From NCBI GenBank assembly GCA_030426005.1, contig JAUHZM010000001.1, positions 1 through 50,993 of the forward strand: a DNA stretch of 50,993 nt, given 5' to 3'. Of the stretch, positions 9,656-19,609 are shown in pieces. Each line of letters starts with the position of its first letter. Position 1 is the stretch's first letter. The notes under the pieces were generated by a model. The model did not search any database, was not told where the DNA came from, and saw nothing but the letters and a program-made list of their open reading frames with translations. This stretch comes from Gammaproteobacteria bacterium. GTDB taxonomy: Bacteria; Pseudomonadota; Gammaproteobacteria; Arenicellales; Arenicellaceae. A program made the translations under genes and the position numbers.

Positions 9656-10116
9656 GAAAGGTGATCTTGTTCGGTTTCTTGTTAATCAGCACCACTGTGG
9701 ATGCGTGTTTATCTATTGATGTAACGACCACGGATTTAAATTTCGGTACCTATAATCCACTTGATAATACGCCGTTGCAATCGAGTTTCGATGTCACCGT
9801 CGATTGTGTTACCGACGGCATATTGCCCGCTTTGGCCACGGTGTTCTCGGTGGGCTTAGTTGCTAATTCCGAAGTGTCGTTGGGTTATCGCGCATTATCT
9901 TCTGGTACCGACCAGTTGCAGTACGGCATAAGTCGAAGTTACGGTGGTGGACCCGAGTGGGGACCCCTCAGCAGCGGACGTGTGTTCAGCGGAAATTTCG
10001 CGGCAATTTTACTGCCGCCGGCACAGTTGTTTAGAGGTCATGCCTCAATTGCGCCACGGCAAAATGTACGTGTCGGTGCGTATTCTGACACCCTTGTGTT
10101 AGAAGTCGAGTTTTAA
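9652..10116 (+). CDS. Spore coat U domain minor/tip fimbrial subunit
   Basis: Signal peptide, DLNFGTYNPLD, VTVDC and QNVRVGAYSDTLVLEVEF; ATGA overlap with the usher stop. Confidence 0.88.
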   Translation: MRKVILFGFLLISTTVDACLSIDVTTTDLNFGTYNPLDNTPLQSSFDVTVDCVTDGILPALATVFSVGLVANSEVSLGYRALSSGTDQLQYGISRSYGGGPEWGPLSSGRVFSGNFAAILLPPAQLFRGHASIAPRQNVRVGAYSDTLVLEVEF

Positions 10117-10138
10117 CTGGTGGTATTGCAGCTGACCT

Positions 10139-11119
10139 TTAAATCCACTTTTTCCATTTGAAAAAACTGATCAAGCCGAGTGTGGCGGTCACCATTAGTA
10201 AGCTGGCAAAAATGAAACCGTACGGGCTCTCAACACCTGGAAGACCACCAACATTCATGCCGAGCAGGCCGGTCAGAAAACCGAGTGGAAGGAAAATGGC
10301 AGCCACCACCGATAGGACATACATACGGGTATTTTGTTGTTGCGCTAGCTGGCTCAAGAATGCTTCTTGCAAAACGATTGCGCGTTCGCGCGCGAGATCA
10401 AGGTCCTCGAGGTAACGCGAGATGCGGTCTGACTCTTCGCGTAAGCGCTGACGGTCATGATCAGTGAAAATATTGTTCTCAGCGTAATGCATGCGATCCA
10501 GTGCGTCACGTTGGGGGGCTAAAAACCGGCGCACTGAAGCGATCTGGCGACGCAATGAGCCGAGCCGACTACGCAAATCATTGGCATCGTTATCTTCCAG
10601 TCGATCTTCCGCCTCGGCCAGCTCATCTTCCAGACGATTGACGTAATCACCGATCCGGTCAGCCAGACGTTCTATCAAATCGGTCAGAAATTCGCCTGAG
10701 GTATGCGGGCCGTCATCGAGATCAAGGCTGTTAGCCAGATCACACACCGACAGTAGTCGCCGATTGCGGCTTGAGATAATACGATTCTTTTCGATCCAGA
10801 TTCGGACTGAAACCATATCTTCAGGATTGTGGCCTGGGTTAGTATTTACGCCACGCAACACCACTAAGATGCCTTGTTTATGCGTGAAAGATCGTGGCCG
10901 AGTTTCTTGGGCGGCTAGTGCTTCGACAATGACTGGGTCAACGCCAGCTGACTCATTGAGCCAGGGATAGCTCTCCGCTTTGCTGAGATCAAGATGTTGC
11001 CACAAGCAGGCTTCTGGGTCCTCGGGCTGGTCTGCCTGGGTGTCGAGGGACAGGCGTATGTTGGCTGTCGGCGACAGTATGTACTGGAATAAAAACAGTG
11101 GCTCAGTTGGCGTGCTCAT
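10139..11119 (-). CDS. zntB: ZntB/CorA family divalent cation transporter
   Basis: WQHLD, ETRPR, LRGVNTNPG..PEDMVSVRIW, RRFLAPQRDAL and FLPLGFLTGLLGMNVGGLPG. Confidence 0.88.
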   Translation of the reverse strand: MSTPTEPLFLFQYILSPTANIRLSLDTQADQPEDPEACLWQHLDLSKAESYPWLNESAGVDPVIVEALAAQETRPRSFTHKQGILVVLRGVNTNPGHNPEDMVSVRIWIEKNRIISSRNRRLLSVCDLANSLDLDDGPHTSGEFLTDLIERLADRIGDYVNRLEDELAEAEDRLEDNDANDLRSRLGSLRRQIASVRRFLAPQRDALDRMHYAENNIFTDHDRQRLREESDRISRYLEDLDLARERAIVLQEAFLSQLAQQQNTRMYVLSVVAAIFLPLGFLTGLLGMNVGGLPGVESPYGFIFASLLMVTATLGLISFFKWKKWI

Positions 11120-11143
11120 ATGCGTATTAACTCACAGTTTTTC

Positions 11144-12022
11144 CTAGCGGTCAGACTCACGATCGAGCTTGATCGACAGTGGTGTTTGGGTAAATAGGTG
11201 AACATCACGTTGTGGGAACGCGATGACGATACCCGCCTTTTCCAATAAAGCATATAAACGAAAACGGATATCGCTGCGCACCTGCCGAAGCGGCTTTTCG
11301 CCGAGTACATCGCACCACAACAAGGCCTCGAACATCAGGGCGTTGTCACCAAAGTCATCAAATACGATTTCCGGCTTAGGCTTCTCGATAACCTCTTCCT
11401 GTCCAAGAACCGCTTTTAAGAACAACTCTCGAACACGCTCTACGTCAGATCCATATGCCACGCCTACCCGAACAGATGTGCGGGTATACTGATCCTCGAG
11501 CGTCCAGTTAGTGACTGTGTTTTCTAGTAGCTTGCTATTGGGTACCAGGAGGTGAACACCGTCAACTCGACGGATACGCGTGGATCGTGTGCCCACATGT
11601 TCAACGATGCCAAGGTTGTTATCAATTTCGATAAAATCGCCCATGCGAATCGGGCGCTCAGCAATTAAAATCCAACCACTAATAAAGTTATTAATGATGT
11701 TCTGCGCACCAAAGCCAACCCCGATCGCAATGGCGCCAGTGGCAAACGCGAAGGCAGTGATCGGGATGCCCAGCAGGCTGAGTGTGGTGATGCCGACCAG
11801 GATCATAATGGCGTAGAACGATACACGCTTAATGATATTTACCGCATCAGCCCGCAATTCAGTATTAGACAACCTTCGAGCTAATAAATATTCCACTAGC
11901 CGGCTTAATAAGTAGCCAACCAACAGCAACACTAACACCAAGGTGATATCGCCCACGGTGACGTTAATGCCACCATTGGTGGCAATCACGCTGGTATTCC
12001 AAATTTGAGTTAAAGCTTGCAT
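11144..12022 (-). CDS. Small-conductance mechanosensitive channel (MscS family)
   Basis: GVGFGAQNIINNFISG, ERPIRMGD, VPNSKL, VGVAYGSD and IAFPQRDVHL. Confidence 0.93.
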   Translation of the reverse strand: MQALTQIWNTSVIATNGGINVTVGDITLVLVLLLVGYLLSRLVEYLLARRLSNTELRADAVNIIKRVSFYAIMILVGITTLSLLGIPITAFAFATGAIAIGVGFGAQNIINNFISGWILIAERPIRMGDFIEIDNNLGIVEHVGTRSTRIRRVDGVHLLVPNSKLLENTVTNWTLEDQYTRTSVRVGVAYGSDVERVRELFLKAVLGQEEVIEKPKPEIVFDDFGDNALMFEALLWCDVLGEKPLRQVRSDIRFRLYALLEKAGIVIAFPQRDVHLFTQTPLSIKLDRESDR

Positions 12023-12165
12023 GGACTAGCTAGACGGTGCTCTATGAAAGTTTTGTGTCCTATGAAGGTAGCAGTATAAAGGAGTAGCGCCCGTGCCACC
12101 AAGCATGTCGGATTTTCGGGTATCTAACGACGTGTTTCTCACACGCTGCTTGTACTGTGTTAGAT

Positions 12166-12570
12166 ATGAAGTATTTGATCGCATATTTAGGGTTCTTAAT
12201 CAGTTTTCTGATCCTCGACTCAATTTGGATTAGCCAGGTTGTGGTCGGGATGTATCGCGCGCAGGTAAATCATCTGATGGCGGAAGATGCGAACATGTTC
12301 GCCGCGATTCTGTTTTATCTGATGTACGCTGCTGCGGCGATCTTTTTGTCGAGGGCTGCGGTAAAGTCTGGTTCGCAGCGTGGCGCACTCATCAACGGTG
12401 GTATAGCTGGTGGCTTAGCGTACGGGACTTACGCGCTTACCAATTTTGCGGTGTTGGATGGTTGGACATGGCAGGTGGTGGTGGCCGATGTGCTGTGGGG
12501 AATTTTTGTGACGGCAGTTTGTTGTACCATCGCCGTGTTCGCTTCCAGGTGGCAAAAACTAGGCACGTAA
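12166..12570 (+). CDS. DUF2177 family membrane protein
   Basis: Four TM segments; LDSIWI, AAILFYLMY, AYGTYALTNFAVL..W...VVADVLWG. Confidence 0.8.
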   Translation: MKYLIAYLGFLISFLILDSIWISQVVVGMYRAQVNHLMAEDANMFAAILFYLMYAAAAIFLSRAAVKSGSQRGALINGGIAGGLAYGTYALTNFAVLDGWTWQVVVADVLWGIFVTAVCCTIAVFASRWQKLGT

Positions 12571-12661
12571 TTTCGACATTGATTCTACCTCGTGGCGGAT
12601 TACACTAGGCGGCTATGAATCACGAAGTGTTAACTTTTACCGTGTCGTCAGGTGCGCGAGT

Positions 12662-13849
12662 ATGAAGATTGTAATCGCTGGCGCGGGTATCGGCGGATTG
12701 ACTGCCGCTTTGTGTCTAGCACGGGACGGACACCAAATTACGTTGCTGGAACGCAAACCGGCGTTTGTGGAGTTAGGGGCAGGCGTGCAATGCGGAGCCA
12801 ACGCGATGCGCGTTTTGTTATCACTGGGCCTTGGTTCAGCACTCAGCAAGCACGCTGTTGCGCCGAGTGAGGTGTTGTTTCGACATGGGGTCAGCGGCGA
12901 AACCCTGTATTCAACCAAGCTCGGTGCGTCTTATCAAGTGCGCTATGGTGCACCGTACTACCACTTTCATCGAGCTCATCTGCAACAGGTACTGGTTGAC
13001 GCTGTGCAACAGGAATCGGGCATTGAAATTCACATGAACACGCAGGTTGACGCTTTCAAGGATTCTGAGAGCGGTGTGCAAATTCAAACCAACGCTCGGC
13101 AATTTAGAGCTGATTGCTTGATTGGCGCGGATGGTATCCGATCGACGATGCGGCAGCAGTTGATACCAGAATGCGTGCCGCGCAACACGGGTAACGTCGC
13201 GTGGCGCGGTGTGATTGACGTGGCACGATTGCCAGCTGATTTTATGCCGCATATTGCGACCAATTTTGTCGGGCCGGGCCGGCATATGGTGGTGTACTAT
13301 CTTGCCGCGGGTAAGTTACTTAACTTTGTTGGTGTGGTCGAGAATCGCGACTGCGACACACAAGATTGGGTTAGCGCGGCGTCATGGCAAACCCTTAAAG
13401 ACGACTTTGCGGGCTGGCACCCTATGGTGCAAACCTTAATTGATTGCGTCGATAAAGACGCCTGTTATCGATGGTCATTGCGGGACCTGCCGGCACTTTC
13501 AAGCTGGACTCAAGGTCGCGTTGCGCTGTTAGGTGATGCGGCGCATGCGACCTTACCGTTTATGGCCTCTGGTGCGGCCCTGGCGATTGAAGACGCGCGT
13601 ATATTGCAGCGTGCTCTGGCGGATGACACGGATTTGCCGCGGGCATTGCGGCGCTATCAGAATACGCGAAAAGCGCGTGCACACGCAGTACAACGAGATT
13701 CAGCGCGTATCGGTCGGCTCTATCATCTGTCGTCCGCATGGTTACAGAAGCAGGCGTTTCGTGGACTGCGTATGGCGGGCCAACGCAAAGAGCGCTTTCT
13801 GGCTGAGTACGACGCCAACCACGCAAGGCTCGCGTCAAACGGCGATTAG
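12662..13849 (+). CDS. FAD-dependent aromatic monooxygenase (salicylate/3-hydroxybenzoate hydroxylase-like)
   Basis: GAGIGG, GAGVQ, IGADGIRS and LLGDAAHATLPFMASGAALAIEDA fingerprints. Confidence 0.9.
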   Translation: MKIVIAGAGIGGLTAALCLARDGHQITLLERKPAFVELGAGVQCGANAMRVLLSLGLGSALSKHAVAPSEVLFRHGVSGETLYSTKLGASYQVRYGAPYYHFHRAHLQQVLVDAVQQESGIEIHMNTQVDAFKDSESGVQIQTNARQFRADCLIGADGIRSTMRQQLIPECVPRNTGNVAWRGVIDVARLPADFMPHIATNFVGPGRHMVVYYLAAGKLLNFVGVVENRDCDTQDWVSAASWQTLKDDFAGWHPMVQTLIDCVDKDACYRWSLRDLPALSSWTQGRVALLGDAAHATLPFMASGAALAIEDARILQRALADDTDLPRALRRYQNTRKARAHAVQRDSARIGRLYHLSSAWLQKQAFRGLRMAGQRKERFLAEYDANHARLASNGD

Positions 13850-15060
13850 TCGAGCAAGGACTTGAGCGGTACCTCGGGATTGCCGAGGTCATCGCCATTC
13901 GGTGCAATCCGCGCCAGGATCAATTTTTTGCCGAGCATAAAATCCGCCGGTGAGTTGATGGCGTCGACTGCGATGATGTGTCCGTCCTGAAGGTAGAAAA
14001 CTGAAAACTTGTGCGCAGTTTGATCGCCGCGTACGACCACCTGATCAAAGCCCTCGCACAGACCGGCAGTTTGCAGTTTTAAATCGTATTGGTCAGACCA
14101 AAACCAAGGCAATTGATCATAGACCGTGGCTTGCCCACAAATACTCGACGCGGCGGTTTTCGCCTGCTCGACGGCATTCGGGACCGACTCAAGTCGTAGA
14201 TGGCGGTTGTAAAACGGATTGTGATGGTAGCTGCAATCGCCAACAGCGTAAATTAACGGATCGTTGGTTTGCGCGTGTTCATTCACCACAATGCCATTGT
14301 CACAGACTAGGCCGGCGCTAGCGGCGAGTTCAGTATTCGGCAACACACCAATACCGATCAAAGCGATATCAAATTCGATCTGTTCGCCATCGCCTAGTTC
14401 CGCATAGGACATATCAGAATCATGGCTAAAACCGACAACCGATGCATTCAAGCGCAAATCCACGCCGGCCTGTCGATGCACTTGCTGATAAAACTCAGAC
14501 ACCGTCTCGCTGGTGACGCGTGCTAGTACTCGTTCCATCGCTTCGAGTACCGTCACCTGACAGCCCAACTGCAATGCGGACGCCGCCACTTCAAGTCCAA
14601 TATAACCCGCGCCGATAATTAACATTTTAGTGCCCGGACTTAACTTTGCCTGGATTGCTTCAACGTCTTGCAAGGTGCGCAAATAATGCACGCGTTCGTC
14701 ATCGGCACCATCAACCGGCAGTTTTCGTGCCCGGGTTCCAGTGGCCAGAATTAGATGTTCATACTTAATGCGTTCGCCATTATCCAGCATCACCTGCTGT
14801 GAAGGTCGATCAATCTCGGTCGCGCGACAATTGAGGCGCAATTCCACCGCATGCTTTTCATAAAACGATTCTGGGCGAATCAGCAACTTGTCTGCGCTTA
14901 CATCGCCTTTTAAAAATGCTTTGGAGAGTGGCGGCCGATGGTAGGGCAGGTGAGGCTCATCGCCGATAAGGACAATCTTGTCGGCCCAACCCAATTTTCG
15001 CAGGGAGGCAATGGCTTCGGTGGCCGCATGGCTCGCGCCGATAATCACAACACTGTGCAT
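13846..15060 (-). CDS. NAD(P)H ferredoxin reductase (putidaredoxin/rhodocoxin reductase-like)
   Basis: PYHRPPLSK, LATG, IGAGYIGLEVA, YAVGDC, RLESVPNA and PWFWSDQYD; start set at ATG 15060 (AAGG RBS). Confidence 0.9.
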   Translation of the reverse strand: MHSVVIIGASHAATEAIASLRKLGWADKIVLIGDEPHLPYHRPPLSKAFLKGDVSADKLLIRPESFYEKHAVELRLNCRATEIDRPSQQVMLDNGERIKYEHLILATGTRARKLPVDGADDERVHYLRTLQDVEAIQAKLSPGTKMLIIGAGYIGLEVAASALQLGCQVTVLEAMERVLARVTSETVSEFYQQVHRQAGVDLRLNASVVGFSHDSDMSYAELGDGEQIEFDIALIGIGVLPNTELAASAGLVCDNGIVVNEHAQTNDPLIYAVGDCSYHHNPFYNRHLRLESVPNAVEQAKTAASSICGQATVYDQLPWFWSDQYDLKLQTAGLCEGFDQVVVRGDQTAHKFSVFYLQDGHIIAVDAINSPADFMLGKKLILARIAPNGDDLGNPEVPLKSLLD

Positions 15061-15163
15061 AGATACCTTGTCAGATTTGATGGACAAAGCGTCAGTGTAG
15101 CTGGAGATTCACTAGAATTCTAATCGATCTGTTTTAACCTGAGTCTGTGGTCGGGCTTGTTTA

Positions 15164-15185
15164 GTTTACGTTTACGTAAACGTAA
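15164..15185. promoter_or_regulatory. LiuR-type (MerR family) operator overlapping a probable sigma70 promoter
   Basis: GTTTACGTTTACGTAAACGTAA contains a perfect 20-bp palindrome (15166-15185) and fits sTTTACGTwwACGTAAAs; TTTACG-N18-TATACT (15171-15200) points toward the thiolase. Confidence 0.8.
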
Positions 15186-15257
15186 TGGTTGGGGTATACT
15201 TTTGCCAACTTCCAGCGAACCAGCAATGAGGCTGATGGGCTGATAATAGCGAGATTG

Positions 15258-16439
15258 ATGATGCTTAAAGAGATATATATCGTAAGTGCCAAGCGTACAC
15301 CGTTGGGCGGTTTTCAGGGTGCTTTGTCTTCGCAAACTGCGCCACAACTGGGCGCGGCTGCGATCCAGGCGGCGGTGACGTCAGCGGGAATCCTGTCAGA
15401 TCAGCTGGATGAAGTGTATATGGGCAATGTGATTAGTGCAGGCATTGGCCAAGCACCAGCCCGACAAGCGGCCCTGCAAGCCGGATTGCCGGCCTCAACA
15501 CCGTGCACAACGGTGAGTAAAGTGTGTGGCTCTGGCATGAAATCGGTCATGTTAGCAGCAGATGCCATGCAACTGGGCGGCGTCGAGTGCGTGGTCGCTG
15601 GTGGTATGGAGAGCATGAGTTTGGCGCCGTACTTGCTGCCTAAAGCACGCGCCGGGTTTCGTCTTGGGCATCAATCAACCAAAGATTCTATGTTTGTCGA
15701 TGGGCTTGAAGATGCCGACAGCGGGCGCTTGATGGGCGAGTTTGGACAACAAACCGCGGATCGATTTGAGATTGGACGCGAGGCGATGGACGCGTTTGCG
15801 ATCGAGTCTTTGCGGCGTGCGACCGAAGCGACTGATAAAGCATATTTTGCAGATGAGATCGCCGCTCTGGAGATTGCTGAGCGCGGTGGCGTCACATCGG
15901 TGGTCGAAGACGAGCAGGTGCGTACAGCTAAGCCAGAGAAAATTCCGTTGTTAAAACCCGCTTTCTCCAAAGACGGCACGGTAACCGCAGCCAATTCAAG
16001 TTCGATCTCAGATGGCGCGGCCGCATTAGTGTTGATGACTGAGAAGGCCATGACCGAGCGCGGAGCCAGTCCGTTGGCAAAAATTTGTGCCTACGAAAGT
16101 CACGCGCAGAAGCCGGAAGAATTCACGTTAGCACCAATCGGTGCCATGCAAAAACTGCTGCAAAAACTTGACTGGCAGGTCGAGGATGTTGATCTGTTTG
16201 AAATAAATGAAGCCTTTGCGGTAGTGACCATGGCCGCCATGCAGCAACTCGGAATTCCGCATGACAAGGTGAATGTTAACGGTGGTGCCTGTGCGCTCGG
16301 TCATCCGCTGGGTGCGTCAGGTGCACGCATTATCGTTACTCTGATTCACGCTCTGCGGCGTCTGGGCAAAAAGCGTGGAATCGCCAGCCTGTGTATCGGT
16401 GGTGGTGAGGCGACTGCCATCGCGGTCGAATTGGTGTAA
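15258..16439 (+). CDS. Acetyl-CoA C-acyltransferase (thiolase)
   Basis: KVCGSG, NEAFA, GHPLGASG and SLCIGGG; start at ATG 15258 or 15261. Confidence 0.96.
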   Translation: MMLKEIYIVSAKRTPLGGFQGALSSQTAPQLGAAAIQAAVTSAGILSDQLDEVYMGNVISAGIGQAPARQAALQAGLPASTPCTTVSKVCGSGMKSVMLAADAMQLGGVECVVAGGMESMSLAPYLLPKARAGFRLGHQSTKDSMFVDGLEDADSGRLMGEFGQQTADRFEIGREAMDAFAIESLRRATEATDKAYFADEIAALEIAERGGVTSVVEDEQVRTAKPEKIPLLKPAFSKDGTVTAANSSSISDGAAALVLMTEKAMTERGASPLAKICAYESHAQKPEEFTLAPIGAMQKLLQKLDWQVEDVDLFEINEAFAVVTMAAMQQLGIPHDKVNVNGGACALGHPLGASGARIIVTLIHALRRLGKKRGIASLCIGGGEATAIAVELV

Positions 16440-16445
16440 GTCGAT

Positions 16446-17588
16446 ATGGATTTTTCCTTAACTGAAGACCAACGGTTGATTCAGGAGACCGCAGCGAACT
16501 TCGCGAGTTCAGTTTTAGCGCCAGCTGCAGATAAGGTGGCTTCTGACCGCTCACTGTTTTTACAAAACCTGAACGCGTTAGCAGAATTAGGCTTTATGGG
16601 GCTGAATGTTAGTGCTGATTATGGTGGCAGTGACGTCGGTACGGTGGCATTCAGTCTGGCGATTACCGAAATCGCCAAGGCATGCGCCTCGACCGCGGTG
16701 ACCGTGTCGGTCAACAATATGGTTGCGGAAGTCATCGAATCGGTCGCCGATGAAGCGCAAAAGACACGTTATTTACCGCGACTATGTGATGGCACTTATC
16801 CGGCTGCTGGGTTCTGTTTGACTGAAGCCAGTGCGGGGTCGGACCCGGCTTCCATGCGAACCACCGCAACGCGAGATGGCGATGACTGGGTGCTTAATGG
16901 CAGCAAGTTGTACATCACCAGCGCTGAGTACGCTGGTTTATTCGTAGTCTGGGCGGTGACTGATAAATCCGCGGCTAAAGGTCGTGGCATTTCCTGCTTT
17001 TTGGTTGAGGCGGACACACCGGGTATCACCATTGGAGCCGCTGAAAAAAAAATGGGGCAGCACGCTTCCAGTACCAATGAAGTGGTGTTTTCTGACTGCC
17101 GTGTGCCTGCGAGTGCGTTGATGGGGCGCGAGAACCAGGGCTATAAAATCGCGGTGACCGAATTGACCGGTGGCCGGATCGGCATCGCTTCTTTGGCGTT
17201 GGGATTAGGTTTTGCGGCCATGGACTATGCCAAAGCGTTTATTCAGGAGCGGACTCAGTTCGATCAGCGAATTGCCGAGTTCCAGGGTGTGCAATGGATG
17301 GTGTCGGATGCCTATACAGAATTAGAAGCAGCACGTTTGCTGACTATCCAGGCGGCGTATCACAAACAAGCTGGATTGCCTTATGCCAAGCAAGCCTCGA
17401 TGGCCAAGCTTTACGCCAGTGAAACCGCCAATAAAGTCTGTGGCACCGCCGTGCAGCTGCTCGGTGGCGCTGGATATCTAGAAGACCATCCGGTTGAGCG
17501 TTATCTGCGTGATGCGCGCATCACCACAATTTATGAAGGCACATCGCAAATACAAAAAATTATTATCAGTAAGCACCTGTTTGCTTGA
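16446..17588 (+). CDS. Short/branched-chain acyl-CoA dehydrogenase
   Basis: FCLTEASAGSD, LNGSKLYIT, GRIGIA and RDARITTIYEGTSQIQ. Confidence 0.95.
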   Translation: MDFSLTEDQRLIQETAANFASSVLAPAADKVASDRSLFLQNLNALAELGFMGLNVSADYGGSDVGTVAFSLAITEIAKACASTAVTVSVNNMVAEVIESVADEAQKTRYLPRLCDGTYPAAGFCLTEASAGSDPASMRTTATRDGDDWVLNGSKLYITSAEYAGLFVVWAVTDKSAAKGRGISCFLVEADTPGITIGAAEKKMGQHASSTNEVVFSDCRVPASALMGRENQGYKIAVTELTGGRIGIASLALGLGFAAMDYAKAFIQERTQFDQRIAEFQGVQWMVSDAYTELEAARLLTIQAAYHKQAGLPYAKQASMAKLYASETANKVCGTAVQLLGGAGYLEDHPVERYLRDARITTIYEGTSQIQKIIISKHLFA

Positions 17589-17597
17589 GGATTTGAA

Positions 17598-18353
17598 ATG
17601 AATATTACCGATAAAGTGGTCGTCGTTACGGGCGGCGCGTCAGGTTTAGGTGGTGCCTGTGTGGCGTGGTTTAAGAGTCTGGGTGCCAAGGTTGCGGTGT
17701 TAGATCGTCGCGTACCAGAATCAACCACAGACGCAGACATCGCATACTTTGAAGCCGATGTGACACAAGCGGACAGCGTCGCAACCGTGATGGACCAAAT
17801 TGCTGCGCAGCTCGGGGAGATTCGCGTCTGCATTAACTGTGCGGGCATCGCGCCAGCGGGCAAAACCGTGGGTCGTGACGGGGCGCTGGCGTTAGATAAG
17901 TTTCGCCAGGTGATCGATGTGAACCTAATTGGCACCTTTAATGTCTTGCGTTTGGCGGCAGAGAAAATGCAGGCCTTGGAACCGCTGGACGAGGACGGTT
18001 CGCGAGGTGTGATTATTAACACCGCCTCAGTGGCGGCCTTCGAAGGTCAGATCGGCCAAGCAGCGTACGCAGCGAGTAAAGGTGGGGTTGCCGCCATGAC
18101 TTTGCCGATCGCCCGCGACCTAGGTCCGCGTGGTGTGCGCATCAATACCATTGCACCGGGCGTGTTCGAGACCCCGATGATGGCGGGTCTGAACGAGGAG
18201 TTTGTCAAACCGCTGGAGCAAGCAGTGCAGTTCCCGAAGCGTTTGGGTCGGGCTGAGGAGTTTGCCAAGCTGGCCGGCCATATTGTTGAAAACAACTACC
18301 TCAACGGTGAAGTAATCCGCTTAGATGGCGGGATTCGTATGGGACCGCGTTAA
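17598..18353 (+). CDS. 3-hydroxyacyl-CoA dehydrogenase type 2 (SDR, HSD10-like)
   Basis: TGGASGLG, NCAGI, GQIGQAAYAASKGG and LNGEVIRLDGGIRM. Confidence 0.93.
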   Translation: MNITDKVVVVTGGASGLGGACVAWFKSLGAKVAVLDRRVPESTTDADIAYFEADVTQADSVATVMDQIAAQLGEIRVCINCAGIAPAGKTVGRDGALALDKFRQVIDVNLIGTFNVLRLAAEKMQALEPLDEDGSRGVIINTASVAAFEGQIGQAAYAASKGGVAAMTLPIARDLGPRGVRINTIAPGVFETPMMAGLNEEFVKPLEQAVQFPKRLGRAEEFAKLAGHIVENNYLNGEVIRLDGGIRMGPR

Positions 18354-18358
18354 GGTCT

Positions 18359-19609
18359 TCACGTAACGGGTCCGGCCTTAGCGCGACTATACTCGGGCTG
18401 CAGGTACGTTTGCGTATCAACAATGCGAATCAATTTTTGCGCCGCTAGCCAGACGTCTTCATAGCGTAAGTAGAGCGGCGTGAAGCCAAACCGAATAACA
18501 TCGGGGGCACGAAAATCAATCACACACTGGTCTGCAATCAAAGCCTGTGTGATGGCGTAGCCTTGCGGATGCGCTAGCGCAACCTGGCTGCCGCGACGAG
18601 TATGCTCCATCGGGGTCAAGAGCGTAAATTCCTGCCAACAGTCCGCGGCTCGCAGGGTGTTTATAAACAGGTCGGATAACGCCAGCGATTTGGCGCGTAG
18701 CACGTCGAGGCTGACGCCATCAAATACGTCTAAGGCCGCATCTAAGGCACTCATTGCGAGCACGCTCGGCGTACCGCATAAGTATTGATCAATAGACGGT
18801 GCGGCGGTGTAGCTGGGGCTAAATTCGAATGGTTTGGCGTGTCCCATCCAGCCGGTCAATGGTTGTGATGATACACCGTGATGCCGAGTCGCGGCATACA
18901 CGAATGCCGGTGCCCCTGGCCCACCATTGAGGTATTTGTAACCACAGCCAACCGCGAAATCGACCTGCCACTCATCCAGCGACAACGGCATTGCTCCAGC
19001 GCTGTGGGCAAGATCCCAAATGACTAAAGCACCAGCCTGGTGGGCCGCTTCCGTGAGTGTGCGGATGTCATGGCAGTGGCCGGTGCGAAAATTGACCTGC
19101 GTTAGCATCAGGACGGCGACCGAGTCGTCGAGGCTGCTGATGAGCTGGTCTGCGTGTACGCTGACTAATTCACATCGGTTGTTACCGAGGAGTGAATTTA
19201 GGCCCTCGACCATGTATAAGTCGGTCGGAAAGTTATCTTGCTGCGAAATAATACGGTGCCGTCCATGTGGTGCTTGAACCTGCAGTGCGGTGGACAAGAC
19301 TTTGAATAGATTGACTGAGGTCGAGTCGCAACAAACGACTTGTCCTGGCGCTGCCCCAATGAGCTTTGCTATTCTGTCGCCGACTTTACGTGGTAGGTTA
19401 ATCCAGTCGTGTTTGTTCCAACTGGTAATCAAGTCCTGGCCCCATTGCTGTTCAGTCACCTCTGCCAGCCGTTGGCGACTCGCACGTGGCAATGGTCCAA
19501 GCGAGTTGCCGTCCAGATATTGCGTCTGCGCTGGCAGTTCAAATTGATCGATGGTGTGCGCGAGGGGATCGTCACGATCCAGCGCACGGATTGAGTCAGG
19601 GCATTTCAC
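18359..19609 (-). CDS. kynU: Kynureninase
   Basis: YLDGNSLG, DSTSVNLFK, NFPTDLY, WDLAHSAGA, VGCGYKYLNGGPG (PLP lysine) and RGSQV. Confidence 0.95.
   Translation of the reverse strand: MKCPDSIRALDRDDPLAHTIDQFELPAQTQYLDGNSLGPLPRASRQRLAEVTEQQWGQDLITSWNKHDWINLPRKVGDRIAKLIGAAPGQVVCCDSTSVNLFKVLSTALQVQAPHGRHRIISQQDNFPTDLYMVEGLNSLLGNNRCELVSVHADQLISSLDDSVAVLMLTQVNFRTGHCHDIRTLTEAAHQAGALVIWDLAHSAGAMPLSLDEWQVDFAVGCGYKYLNGGPGAPAFVYAATRHHGVSSQPLTGWMGHAKPFEFSPSYTAAPSIDQYLCGTPSVLAMSALDAALDVFDGVSLDVLRAKSLALSDLFINTLRAADCWQEFTLLTPMEHTRRGSQVALAHPQGYAITQALIADQCVIDFRAPDVIRFGFTPLYLRYEDVWLAAQKLIRIVDTQTYLQPEYSRAKAGPVT

Noticed and set aside
5747-9764. Similar ~30-bp sequence (GGTACCTA..ATCCACTTGA) near 5750 and 9735 as recombination or inversion sites
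   Set aside because: Direct orientation, and both copies encode the conserved DL(D/N)FGTY(D/N)PLD motif of paralogous subunits; no recombinase is present.
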